A stretch of 64,000 nucleotides of DNA from Felis catus (Eukaryota), in NCBI RefSeq assembly GCF_018350175.1, contig NC_058368.1, positions 174,532,001 through 174,596,000 of the forward strand, written 5' to 3'. A program made the position numbers and the translations under genes. The notes below the pieces were generated by a model. That model ran no database searches and had not been told where the DNA came from. It saw only the letters and a list, made by a program, of their open reading frames with translations. Shown piece by piece: positions 12,632-24,689 of this stretch (positions within the stretch are counted from its first letter, which is position 1; each line of letters starts with the position of its first letter).

Positions 12632-13929
12632 AATGGAAGGACAGCGAAAGCCTTAAGGTGGCAGAGCTCACTCAGACAAAGGAATGGACACAAGAGTGTT
12701 TGCCCCCAACCCACAGACAATCTTGGTGGACATAACCGTGGCCGTTTGGAAAGAGCCATTTATTAGCTGTCTCTCTGCCCCAGCCCAGGCAAAAATGGTG
12801 GGTCAATGATGACATCCAAGCATTACTTTCTTGCCTCTTTGGAGACACTAACAGGCAACTCTGTTTTCTAAGAGAAAACAAGCCACTCTGCCTGCAAAAT
12901 CAAGGGGCTTTGCGTAGGAAATCTATAGCGATGACCCTTTTTTTCTTTCCTCAGTGTAGCTCATCTCCTGAGAGGAAGAGATACAGGTGGTACCGCGACT
13001 TACTTAGGAACAATTGAGAGCTGTCGTTATTCTTCAGTGTTACTTTTTCACAATGGAGAACAAAATAGTACATTGTGAGTGGCTCCTGCTAGAGGAGTTT
13101 TAATGGAGGGTATCACAGAACAGGTGCTCCACTGCCTGAGCTCAAGACGGATTTATTCGTTCGTCGATTGTTCCACACATATGCGCTGAGCATTCATTAC
13201 GGTGGGTGCTTCACTGTCCTGGAGAACACTTCTCTTCCCTGTTAACAAAGATCAGGGATTTGCCCTGGGTCAGCCCAAGATGAGTTTTCTCGAGGGTGCT
13301 TCATGCTTCTCCCTCTTCTTCTGAAAATTGTTGGCCCATCATTCTTCCGTGGCAGACGTGTCCAGGTGTATACCCATCCCACCCATGGACACAGCTTGGA
13401 TTACCTTCTAGGAGACCCCCCCCTCCACACCTCTGCAATTAGGGCTACGACATCTGTCAGCCCCAGGGCTAGGAGCTACCCGACGGCTAGGTCATCTTAT
13501 GCACATCCGACTCTCTCACACGCAAGCTAAGACTTCCACTCGCCGTGTTAAATACAGGCAGACTCGAAGAAGCTCAGTATTTTGTAGTTTAACAAAGTGA
13601 TTCCTGCTCCCCGTGCTCCTCTGCAAAGTTCTTCTGAGCTAATCCCTTGGGAGTCTTTGGACTTGCATCTCAGAGCAGGGCCAACAAAGGCTCTGATGAG
13701 AAACTGGCGCCCGTGACAGCCCCAGGGCTCCTTCTGTTCAAGGGCACTGTAACTGGCTTCCTCTCATTATTCCTTGCCTGCCTCAGCTCCTCTGCGACTG
13801 TCGTCTCTGGACAAGTGAGGTCTCTGCAAAGTCCACCCAGTGGACTTTGAAATCCTTGTAAAGGATTTCATTGTTTGTAAATTTATTTCATTCTTTACCA
13901 GTCACTTGTGTTCCTCCTTTTCCATACTT

Positions 13930-14570
13930 GCCACCCACATAGTTGGTCATACCTCTGAACACTGAGTCATAGCTCCGTCCTGCCAACATGATTTACTTAC
14001 TTAGTTGACTCCCTGGGAAAAATACATGCATTTATTTAAGAAGGACACTTTATATAATCACCCGATATAAAAATGAAGCCCCATTGGCTATTCGTAGAAG
14101 ACCCTTACAAAAATAAGTGTGGTGGAAACGAAATAATGCTTGTGGATTCTAGCCACAGAGTGGCCAGGAAATCCTTACATAGGAGATTCTAGCTCATAGG
14201 ATGTAAAGCATTAAAATACAGCTCTTGGGATCTCTGCTGAATGAGTTCCAATGGTTGGCATGGCATAAACGTCTAGAAGAAACTTGGATCAAAGATACTG
14301 TGTGCAGAGGCGAGGAAAGCAGGCGGGTGTCTCTGTGGCACCCATGGGGTCTGTGTGGCCACTCTTGGCATACCGTTTCTTACCGTGGCTCTGACCTCTC
14401 GTTCTCACTCTCGTGAAAAAAAGAACGGCACAGGAGGGTGCGGAGGATATTCGCGCCATATTAAGACCTTCTGTTTGAAGTAATCAGAAAGTCTGTTAAT
14501 ACATTCGATACCGTCTGGAATCATTTGTCCTCCACGAATGTCCTAGAGCCTGTATATCGGGAAATGCTGC
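13930..14570. mobile_element. Possible hAT/Charlie DNA transposon relic
   Basis: AT-richer block ending in gggaaatgctg, which resembles a hAT terminus. Weak recall-based match only. Confidence 0.3.
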
Positions 14571-14790
14571 ATTATCCCATGTGAGCCTAGGACCATCCTG
14601 GCTGGCAGGTGCTATCACCCCATAGTTCAAAGACTATGAAACCCGTTCTTCTCCATAAGGTCTTCGCAGGGCTCGTGGTGATCAATAAATTTCCCTTTCT
14701 TCTGCTCCCACAACACCTGGTATGCACGCCAGTGATAACACCTACAGCCCCGAATCCCCGGGACAGAGCATAAGATTTAACAGAGAGGAA

Positions 14791-14925
14791 GGGGCGCTCG
14801 GCTGGCATCTGACTCTTGATTTCGGCTCAGGTCGTGGTCTCGTGGTTCATGAGTTTGAGCCCCACTTCCGGCTCGGCGCTGGCAGTGTGGAGCCTGCTTG
14901 GGATTCTCTCTCTCTCTCCCTGATC
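14791..14925 (+). mobile_element. Can-SINE, partial and internally deleted
   Basis: ggggcgc...gactcttgatttcggctcaggtcgtggtctcgtggttcatgagtttgagcccc...gcctgcttgggattctctctc. No A-tail. Confidence 0.9.
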
Positions 14926-15559
14926 TCTCCTCCCAAGTTTCTGAACGACCACAACTAAAGGCAGACCCTTAATTCTATTTATTCGGATAGATTACAGTTC
15001 CAGGGCAGTCTCATCATCTGCTGGATTATGTTGAGTAAATAGTTGTCGAATTGAATTAAACCAGGTAGATAGCCTGCACAGCCTGTGGACATTTAAAGAT
15101 AGCTTTCAGAAGTGTGTTGTAATTAATTTCCATTCAACCTGTTTCCCAGACGTTCACCAAGCGCGTCTTCGATGCTCGACATCGTCCCAGGTGTGAAATA
15201 CAAGAGAAACATGGCTCTTCTGTCCCTAGGAGGCTCATATGCAAATATGGGAGCCAGGCACACAAGGAAATAAATACAGCAGAGTGTGAGGCGGGGGAAA
15301 ATAGAGGTAGGTGCAGGACAGAACGATTGCACACCTAAGTCAGTGATTAGCTCTGATGGGCGAGTGGCAGGAGAGACTTTATGGAGAAATTGACTCCTGC
15401 ACTGGGCTTTGGAGAAGACTAGGAGTTTACTCGTCTTCCAGAACCTCAGGAGGGGGACACTCTAGGCAGACACAACAAGACAGAAGTGTAGGGCTGAGTG
15501 AGCCTTGTCACATTCCCTCACCCCTTTCTCGTCCCCAAATTGTAGAGATTCCTTTACCT

Positions 15560-15985
15560 CTATTCAAAGATATTTACTAAATGCTTATAAAATGCAAAAC
15601 ACCATTCCAGGAAGGGACCGCAGCAAAAGAGACAGGTAAGGTGGTGACATTCACAGAATTTCCATTCCGGAGGGGAGACCACCAACAAATCTCAAAACCA
15701 ACAACTGAAACGGGGCATTTCCAATAGTAAACGTGCTTTGAAGAAAACAAAGCGTATGATAGAAAGTGAAGGGGGAAGGGCAGCAGCATTCACCAGGGTT
15801 TAAGGAAGGCCCTGGGAATGGGACATTGGAGCCCACACCCAATGGCAGGAAGGATGTTGTCCTGTGAGGGACAGCTGAAGAGCATTCCGAAGGGAACAGC
15901 AGGTGCAAAGCCCACGAGGACCCATTGGGCTCGGTGTGCGATTGGAGGGAGGTGAGCCCCAACGTACAAGATGGGGTCGGCATGG
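15560..15985 (-). mobile_element. L2 LINE 3' fragment
   Basis: tattcaaagatatttactaaatgcttat...ggaaggccctgggaatgggacattggagc...gagcattccgaagggaacagcaggtgcaaagccc is the reverse of the L2 3' end. Confidence 0.75.
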
Positions 15986-16005
15986 TTTAAAAATTGGAGA
16001 CATAT

Positions 16006-16225
16006 GGGGCGCCTGGGTGGCGCAGTTGGTTAAGCGTCCGACTTCAGCCAGGTCACGATCTCGCGGTCCGTGGGTTCGCGCCCCGCGTCGGGCTCTGGGC
16101 TGATGGCTCAGAGCCTGGAGCCTGGTTCCGATTCTGAGTCTCCCTCTCTCTCTGCCCCTCCCCCGTTCATGCTCTGTCTCTCTCTGTCCCAAAAATAAAT
16201 AAACGTTGAAAAAAAAAATTTTTTT
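16006..16225 (+). mobile_element. Can-SINE (young SINEC_Fc)
   Basis: Full length. TSD aaaattggagacata at 15990-16004 and 16226-16240. Confidence 0.98.
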
Positions 16226-17124
16226 AAAATTGGAGACATAAAATCGCTCCCAGACGGTGCTCAGATTCTTGGGTTATAATCCCAATGCAGTTAGAAAACA
16301 TTTTGTTATAAGTTCTATTTTGTCTTGATTGGTTCCTTAAAGATTTAAGTGGGGCTTCCTTAAAGCCCCACTCCACCTGGCGCAGGCCAAAAGGGCTACA
16401 CATCGATGTAATCATTTTCAGAAACAACTGAGCACTTGACTGCTCTCCGCCGTGACTACCTTAACATTAGCGCCTTTGTTTGGCACCACGTTCTGTTCAT
16501 CCTTCAGGACGATGTAGTCCGTGATCAGTTTCTCTCCAGGATCTGTCACCCGTGGTGAGAAATTTGACTCTTCTGAGGCTAAGGTTTTTATCTTGCCAAT
16601 CTTTTGAGTCCTAAAACAAAGTTACCAGGTGGGCTGGAGAGGGGCCGTGGCTGAAGGGCTCAGATGCTGGCTTCAGGGAGTAGAACAGGGCAAAGGTTTG
16701 GGGCTCTAACAGTCTTGAGTTCAGATGCTGGCTTTGCCATTTACTAGCTGTGCGACTTGGGGCAATTTATTTATGCCTCTGGGATTCAATGTTAATACAA
16801 ACGGAGCGGTGCCTCGCGCACAGGGGGCACTCAATAAATGCTATGTTCTTCGTTGTCTTCTCCTTTTTCCCTTCCCCATAGAATAAAATATGTTTCTCTT
16901 CCTAAATAGAAGCCACTTTGCAAGTTGGCCTTATGGCTCTGAATACATATTTGCTGCCAATAATAAAGACTTCAAAGAAAATAGAACAGGTTTGCAATTG
17001 CTACATTTGGTTAGCTCTGTCAACGTTCAGTAGGGAAAGCACTGCTCTGAAGGAAAGGTCTGTTCATTTTGCCACGGGGCTTACGTACAGCCTCATAACG
17101 ACAATTTGCAACAGCTTCTATTTA

Positions 17125-17300
17125 TTATGAATTTACCCCGTGCCACACGTTTTACAAACATCATCTTATTTAATCCCTACAAACTTACGAGGGATGCAGT
17201 CTTCCCATTTTCCAGATAAGGAAGTTAAGGGCCTCAAGAAGGAGGTAACCTGCTGAGTATCCTAAAGCTGTGACTCAACCCGGATTTCTCACTCCCCGGT
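17125..17300 (-). mobile_element. MIR SINE
   Basis: tcttatttaatccctacaaacttacgagg...cccattttccagataaggaagttaagg is the reverse MIR core. Confidence 0.75.
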
Positions 17301-18470
17301 CCTCTCTTTGCTTCCCCTTTTGAAGGTACTCGTGGGGACACAGCCACATGGCTTTCATGGTAATTACCATCATCCAAGAGCTCTTTCCTGAACGCTCAAG
17401 ACTCAGTCAACTAACTAATCAAGGAATTGTATTGGCCAATTAGGGAATACACATGCCGAACCTGAAATCAAGTTACTAGGTCGGTGCCAACTCCTCCATG
17501 ATATATAATGGGAACCGTGCTGGATTTATTAGGTCTTTTTTTTTTCTTTTTTAACTTTTGCATAATTCTGTTCGGTTGTTCTGGTGGAGGGTGTGCTTAC
17601 AAATCCACCCCAAATCTTTTCTCCTGCATGGGTCCGAATACCTTTCAGGCAACACCAAAGCTGCTACTCAAAGATAGGACTGTGGAGGGTCATGCCCACT
17701 GTCACCCACATCTTTTCGTTTCATTTTTCTATCTCCTCCCCACATGGGCATCAGAGGAATGGCACAAAGTGTTTTGCTTTTCCATCACTACTGTTCTGAT
17801 TAAATAAATCACACAAAATAGAAAGCATTCCAAGGAGTTTGTGTATTTGGTCCCAGATGGCCGAAATCTCAGGGGCGCCTGACCCAATCGGTAGGTTGGC
17901 TGCTTTGCTCCTCGTCGCAGTTCATTTAATTCTTCTGGCTCCTAATTTCCGTATCTCTAGAGGTGAGGCCAACAACGTGGTTGCCGGAAGAAACCATGGG
18001 CTGATTGACAAGCAGTCCGTCATTGCAAATGACCACAGGGAAGTCTGGAATCGATTTCAGCCCTTGGACCGATCTCATCCAGGCTTTTCTGATGTGAAAG
18101 GATAAAGCACAATCTTTGTTCCATCTTCATCCATGGGGCATTAATTAGTTTCAAAGCAAATGTATCGCATCCTTTTGCCTTTCCTCCTGAAATTTTGGCT
18201 TAGAAATTCAGACCTTAAGCTCTTTGGATATTTACTTACGCCCCTCACTGTCTGGTCGTTTGTGCCCATCTTTCCATCCCTTGGACTTCTCTTGATGGCA
18301 AAAGCAAAGATTCTGTCAACCAAAAGGTATTATCAGCAGTACAAGTTCTCCTTCAACCTGTGCTAATAATATAACCAAACTCTGTAACATAGATGCAGAC
18401 CTTATTTTCATCCCTGTTTTATGGGAGAGGAAGAAGAAGCATAAAGAGGTTGATTAACTTGCCTGAGTCA

Positions 18471-18658
18471 TTTTTAAAAAAATGTTTGTTTTTGAGAGAG
18501 AGAAGTGTGGGGGGGGGTTGGCAGAGAGGGGGGGGACAGAGGATCCCAAGCAGGTTAGGCGCTGACAGCAGAGAGCCCGATGTGGGACTCGAACCCACAA
18601 ACCATGAAATCACGACCTGAGCTGAAGCTGGACACCTAACCGAGCCATCCAGGCACCC
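18471..18658 (-). mobile_element. Can-SINE (older, diverged), inserted in a MIR
   Basis: gagcccgatgtgggactcgaacccacaaaccatgaaatcacgacctgagctgaag...ccaggcaccc. Degenerate TSD tgcctgagtc/tgcctaggtc. Confidence 0.92.
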
Positions 18659-18904
18659 TGCCTAGGTCCTTAAAGGAAGTCACAGGACTGGGATTTGCTG
18701 TTAGATCCGAGTCCACAGTTGTATTCTGACCACTACCTGCATTACTGTGACCACTGACTAAGTACGGAAGCTCGTGGAAGTGAAAAATAAGGTCCTTTGG
18801 CATGTTCCAAGGAAGGGAAGGGTCCTGAACACCCCTACCAGATAATTTGATTGCGTTTCCAGAGTCAGAACCTTTGTCCCCAGTGGCGTTGTAGGGACTT
18901 TCAA

Positions 18905-19113
18905 CGTTTATTTATTTTTGGGACAGAGAGAGACAGAGCATGAACGGGGGAGGGGCAGAGAGAGAGGGAGACACGGAATCGGAAACAGGCTCCAGGCTCT
19001 GAGCCGTCAGCCCAGAGCCCGACGCGGGGCTCGAACTCACGGACCTCACGGACCGTGAGATCGTGACCTGGCTGAAGTCGGACGCTTAACCGACTGCGCC
19101 ACCCAGGCGCCCC
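18905..19113 (-). mobile_element. Can-SINE (young SINEC_Fc) lacking a poly(A) tail
   Basis: Full body. Flanking direct repeat tgtagggactttcaa at 18890-18904 and 19114-19128. Internal 9-bp duplication. Confidence 0.98.
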
Positions 19114-19459
19114 TGTAGGGACTTTCAAACAGTGGTGCCCACTCTCAAGGGCCCAGACCCTTCTCTGGGTGGAATCTTCTCAGCAGCTTTAAACCTCCCT
19201 TTGGACACAATAGCTGCTTCGGCGTTGAGCCCAGAAAATACAACAAAAATAAAACATGGTGCAAACCACTCAACTTTATCAATAGGCTCACATATCAAAT
19301 TCACTCTCCTACATAGTGAAATGGCAGGGCTTCTGGCTTTTGCAAGGAGAAGAAGTCCTAGCCTAAAGGGGCTGTTGGTCCCCCTGGGGAGAACAGATGG
19401 GTCGTCAGTCTTCACTGTGTGACTCAAAGCGTTGGTCTCCATCATACTGACAACGGTAT

Positions 19460-19660
19460 TAACAACTCTTTATTGAACACATACTAAGTGCCCAGCACTG
19501 TGCTAACCCTTTTGAATGCATTATTTTTTTTTTGTCCTTCAGTAATTCTGTGAGACAGATAAAACCAACTTTATTTTATAAAATGAAAAGCTGAAACTAG
19601 GAGACAGATGATTTGCCTAAGGTCACACTGATACCAAGTAGTGGAACTTGTTTGGGAATT
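19460..19660 (-). mobile_element. MIR SINE
   Basis: ttattgaacacatactaagtgcccagcactgtgctaa...ttgcctaaggtcacactgataccaagtagtggaac. Confidence 0.8.
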
Positions 19661-19806
19661 TCAAGAGAATTTCCAGGAATCAGGATACAACGTCCATTGC
19701 TTCTTTTGATGCTTAAGAAGCACTTCCTTTTTTTTTTTTAATAGTCTTGCTTCCTTTTCCAACACCTCTCATCAGCTATAAGATAGAATCCTAACTTCTA
19801 ACCTGA

Positions 19807-20342
19807 TATGGTAGTCAGCCTTCAAGATGGCCCTCAATAATCCTGGACTCGTGGTATGTACTTCCTAGAATGATCTCTTATCACGCTGAATCAGAGCTGG
19901 TCTGTACGGCCAATAGAACAGAGTGGAAATGATGGTGTGTGACAGCTGGGGCTGGGTCATAAAAAGCATACCTTCTATCTCACTCTGTTCAATCGTTCCA
20001 TGCAAAAGGAAGCAAGCCTTCAGGCTCTGAGGACACCCAGACCACCCTGCGAACTGGGTGGAGAACTGAGATGCCCTGCCAAGAGCCAGCACCGACTTGC
20101 TAGCCATATGAGTGAGCCACCTTCCAAAGTGGATCCTCCCACCCCAGTCAAGCCTTCAGATGACTGCAGCCCTGGTTGACATTGGATACAGTCGCATGGC
20201 AAGCCTTGAGCCAAGAGCACCTAACCACGCCATTCCCAAATTTGAGGTCCACAGAAAACACGAGAGATAATAAGTGATATATGTTGTTTAAAGCCAGTCA
20301 GTCTTGGGATGATTTGTTATGCAGCATTAGATAACTAATACA
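19807..20342 (+). mobile_element. MaLR solo LTR (MLT1F-like)
   Basis: tatggtagtcagccttcaagatggccc start, gagtgagccaccttccaaagtggatcctcccaccccagtcaagccttcagatgactgcagccc internally, and tttgttatgcagcattagataactaataca end. Confidence 0.9.
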
Positions 20343-20344
20343 CC

Positions 20345-20860
20345 TTGCCTTTCAGACCTTCGTGACTTGGCCTCAGGTCATCCCTCCACCCTCCTTTCTC
20401 TCCCCAATCCAACCTACACAGTGCCCTCCAGATAGAGCTTCCAGCAGGGTATCAGACACACCCTCTTCTTGGACTCCTTTTGGCCTCCGCATATTCTGTT
20501 TCTTTTTGTCTGGCACGCACGTTTCCCCTTATTCTTTGGGAAACCAGCCATCGATTCTTGGATACCCAAGTATCCCCACACAAGTGATGCTTTCTTTGAT
20601 TTTTCTCTTCAGCTACAAGTCCTCCCTCCTCCTCCACGTGACCACTATACTCCGCACATAGAGACTCTGTCACTTTCTTCGGAGTCCCCAAATTGTTCCG
20701 TGCCTTGTCTATCTCTTCTGTAAGACCGTGAGACCCCTGAGGACAGGATCCGCAGTTGACTCTTCTCTGAGCCTCCGGTGTCTGGCCCACCCAGAGCCTG
20801 ATAAGAAGAAGCATTGGGTGAAAGTTGGCTAATTAAATGAATCAATACTGGATGAATATG
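20345..20860 (+). mobile_element. L2 LINE 3' fragment
   Basis: gtaagaccgtgagacccctgaggacagg...cccagagcctgataagaagaagcattgggtgaaagttggctaattaaatgaat resembles the L2 3' tail. Confidence 0.6.
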
Positions 20861-20923
20861 TTAGCTTTTCTGTGGCACGCCAGTTGGATATGTGCTAACT
20901 CTGTGCTATTACAACCAGCTCAT

Positions 20924-21121
20924 GGGGCACCTGGGTGGCTCAGTCGGTTGAGCGTCCGACTTCACCTCAGGTCACGATCTCACGGTTCGTGAGTTCGAGC
21001 CCCGCGTCGGGCTCTGGGCTGATGGCTCAGAGCCTGGAGCCTGCTTCCGATTCTGTGTCTCCCTCTCTCTCTGCCCCTCCCCCATTCATGCTCTGTCTCT
21101 CTCTGTCTCAAAAATGAATAA
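20924..21121 (+). mobile_element. Can-SINE (SINEC_Fc) lacking a poly(A) tail
   Basis: Full body ending aaaaatgaataa. TSD acaaccagctcat at 20911-20923 and 21122-21134. Confidence 0.97.
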
Positions 21122-21689
21122 ACAACCAGCTCATACCTTTGCAGGCTAAAAAGTGGGCGGGCACCTGTCAAGTATGGAAGCACTTCTCATTAGTGGAGAC
21201 AGAAATAACCCCCCACCAAGAGCACAGCATCTTCAATAGGCAAGGGACCAATTAAACCTTACGTGACATTACCAGTCCGGGCACTTTCAGCCCCGGGGGA
21301 AGAAAGACCACTGTGTTAGGATGAGGAAAACTCTTTTCACCGTCTGTATTTTTCCCCCTAAGTTTCCCCAACTAACAACAACTAAGAATTGAGAAGAAAC
21401 ATCTTCCGAGTGTAGTTAGGCAGTGGAATTTTAAAGGCTGGTCAACTGCTTTCAGGTTAAAAGAGAAAAAAGCCGTGGGTTTGTAATGTGTGCTGAATTC
21501 TGTGGTATAAACACCCCCCATGACCGGGTCCAGGCCCCGATGGTTTAACAATCATCAGTGGTTTCAACAATGAATCACAACCAGCTCTCGTGGATTGTTG
21601 GGCTCCAACACGCCACTGAAGTTAGTAAGAACAGCACAGCAGGTGGGTAGGAACCGCCTACGGGTGCATCCCTTGACCACGTAAAGACA

Positions 21690-21870
21690 CGCTGGCCTTG
21701 GCCACGTTGCTTTCGTTTCTCTGGGTCTCAGGCGTCTCATCTGCAAAATGGGGATAATTATAGAGCCCACTCAGGACCGTCTTGAGCGTGAAAAGAAAGA
21801 ATACGTGAAACGTGTTTGGCACTGTGTCTGGCAGTGGGGAAACCGTCAACAAAGGGTAGCTGTTATAATC
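21690..21870 (+). mobile_element. MIR SINE
   Basis: ccttggccacgttgctttcgtttctctgggtctcaggcgtctcatctgcaaaatggggataattatag is the MIR core. Confidence 0.85.
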
Positions 21871-23939
21871 ATAGACTAGGGAGAGCAAACCCTCTGGAGC
21901 AAAAAATCTTGGATTTTAGTCCTGGTTCTGATACCGACTTGCTGCAAGACCTTGGGCAACTGACTTCTGCTCTCTGGGAATTACGTTCCCCACCAGCGAT
22001 GAGCATGGGTGACTTATAAAGGTCACTTACTACGTGCTGGGCACTAGACCAACTCTTCCATATCAATCCCCTGCACCAATCACGACCGCACGCCTGCTGT
22101 CGTAGATTCTTATGTGATCCCCATGTTACAACTGAGAAACAGAGGCTGGGAAAGGAACAATAATTGGCCCAACGTCACGCCTCTCGTAGGTCTTAGAATT
22201 CCAACCCCGATTTTCTGACCCCAGAGCTTGTGCCCCAACCTCCCCCCACCCCCCCGCACCGTGTGAGGCCCATCTCATTCATTGGCAGTAAGTATGAAAC
22301 GAGATCATGTGGCAAAAACATCTTGCGAACCGTAAAGCAGCAGTGAACAATGGGCATTGAGGTAGCTGTTCTGTGAGTGTCAGGAACATACTCATGGAGG
22401 CTTCATGTCGTGCCAGGTGTGGGACACCTTGGGGGACAGGGCAGATCGGGTCCCAGGCCTTGGAGAGCCTACCGCAGAGTCGGGGTGATAACCCGTGCCT
22501 ATCTGGCCTGGGGGCTGGCTCTTGCGTCTCCTCACTGGGCCACCAAGCCTCCTTCTCCCCAGCTGTTCCCAGCCCGGCATGTCAGCAAAGGGCGCGCAAC
22601 TCCTCGTCACCTTGGATGCGCTGATGCCAAGGGACCCCAGCGGAGGCAGCACAGGACGCCTCGAATCCACCTTCTCCTTCCCTATCAGTCACCAGTCGCT
22701 GGTGGCTGCTGGTGCTCTGAGTTGCAGAGACATGGCCTCATCCCTTCTCTTCTTCCAGATCCTGAACTACAAGCTCAGAGCAGTAGGCAGCAGCCTGCCT
22801 GCCCGAGGCAAAGGAACACGCCTGCCTTCATACCCTTGTCCTTGTCACACTGCATGAAAAACGCCACCTAGTTGTTTGGAGTGTTTTTTCAAAAAGACAA
22901 TTTGATGTAACCTGCCTTTTTTCTGAGACTTCCTGGGAGATTCATCTGGAAAGAATCTCTCCCTCGCTCAGCCAACCTGCCATTCACCCGCCCAGGAACC
23001 TGTCCGTCTATCAGATGTTTTCTGTTCGCCTGCTCTGTGCCAGGCCTGGAGCCGAGGTCAGAGAGGACAAGAGAATCACGTCATTGTCCTGTGGGGCTCA
23101 CAGTATGTGGCCCCGAGTCTCTGGGTCCAGAGGTGGCTGGGAGGAAAGGCAGACAGTAACTGCACCGTCCTTCCCCAGCTTGGCTGGGACCGAAAAGAAA
23201 GCCCAGCTGCTGGGAGGCAAGCCGGGGTCATGGGACACTAGTTTTGGGCTGGGGCGCCTCTGGCACATTTGGAGGTTGGAAGGAAAGGCAGGGTCTGGAG
23301 GAACGGGAGGGAGGAGGGGAGCTCAGGAGGAGTGGCGAGGAGCTGGGCTTCTGGCTGGGGGAAGAAGGAGCTGCCTCCGCTTGTCTTTAAGGGGGTGGGG
23401 GGAGCGATTACTGAATCAAAAAAGATCAGCACTTTCTTGATATTTACTTGACACTTACTAGGGGCAGGAAGAGTTTGATCTGGTATTAGCCGGATTGGGT
23501 TTTGGATCCCACAAGGGAAGGGCGTTGGCTTTTATCACCAGAATCCCTGCTCGCCCCCAAAGCTAAGATGACAATAATTTTCTAGCTGGGGCAGGCGTAG
23601 TGCCCTTCAACCTTCCTCCATCACGTTTCCGTCACTCCTGCCTACCTCCAGACCTCCCGGGCTACACCTCCCTGGGTACCATATTCTCTCTATTATCCCT
23701 GCTAATGACGTTCTTTTTTTTTTTTTTTTAAGTGCTCAGGGGGCTGAACGTAATGTCCCCTAACACTTATCCTCTGTGCAGATTCATTCAATGTATATAA
23801 CTCCACAAACACAACATTCTTCACAGATGATGTTTCTCTGCTAATGGTTTAGGGGGGGATCCACAAGATGGCAGATGTGACGAACAGTATATTCTACCAC
23901 TGGATAAAGGTAGATGCATTACTGTTTTGTCATATTGTT

Positions 23940-24020
23940 GAAGGAAAGAAAGAAAGAAAAAGAAAGAAAGAAAGAAAGAAAGAGAAAAAGAAAGAGAAAG
24001 AAAAAGAAAGAAAGAAAAAG

Positions 24021-24059
<39 letters not shown>

Positions 24060-24090
24060 GAAAAAAAGAGGGAAGGAAGGAAGGAAGGAA
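23940..24090. repeat. (GAAA)n/(GGAA)n pure-purine microsatellite
   Basis: About 150 consecutive purines. Confidence 0.97.
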
Positions 24091-24474
24091 TTACCAACCT
24101 GTTCTTTGCACTTGAGAGAAACTAAAATGTAACTAGTTTTCAGGTCAAAGATGTTCCAAGAAATTAATTCAGCACACTCGGAGCATTTGGACCAAACCTG
24201 AGGTTCACAGGGGAATGATCCCGGTTACACACTTGTCTTTTGGGGGATCGAAGACCATTGGAGAGACTGGTGATTACACGAGGCAATATTCTGAGACCTT
24301 AGCCAAAGCTGCGTCCCATGGCATCCCCCTCCACTTCTTTGTACCTATTCCACACCTGCCACTACTCGGGGACAGCACACCCTGCACTCAGGGTGAGAAC
24401 ACGCAGAGCCAAGAAAAATGATCGGTAAACGGTTCCAAAACAAGTTCTGAAAACATCAAACAGGGTAATTTCTT

Positions 24475-24689
24475 TTTTTTTTTTTTCAACATTTATTTAT
24501 TTTGGGGACAGAGAGAGACAGAGCATGAACGGGGGAGGGGCAGAGAGAGAGGGAGACACAGAATCGGAAACAGGCTCCAGGCTCCGAGCCGTCAGCCCAG
24601 AGCCCGACGCGGGGCTCGAACCCACGGACCGCGAGATCGTGACCTGGCTGAAGTCGGACGCTTAACCGACTGCGCCACCCAGGCGCCCC
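24475..24689 (-). mobile_element. Can-SINE (young SINEC_Fc)
   Basis: Full length. Perfect 17-bp TSD aaacagggtaatttctt at 24458-24474 and 24691-24707. Confidence 0.98.

Noticed and set aside
16368..16390. CTCF-like motif (reverse gcgccaggtggagtg)
   Set aside because: Partial match only, expected by chance in 64 kb.
22373..22871. Overlapping 80-160-aa ORFs in GC-rich unique sequence
   Set aside because: No recognisable domain or splice structure. An exon cannot be excluded without RNA data.
23868..24132. Lys/Glu/Arg-rich ORFs
   Set aside because: They are translations of the (GAAA)n microsatellite.
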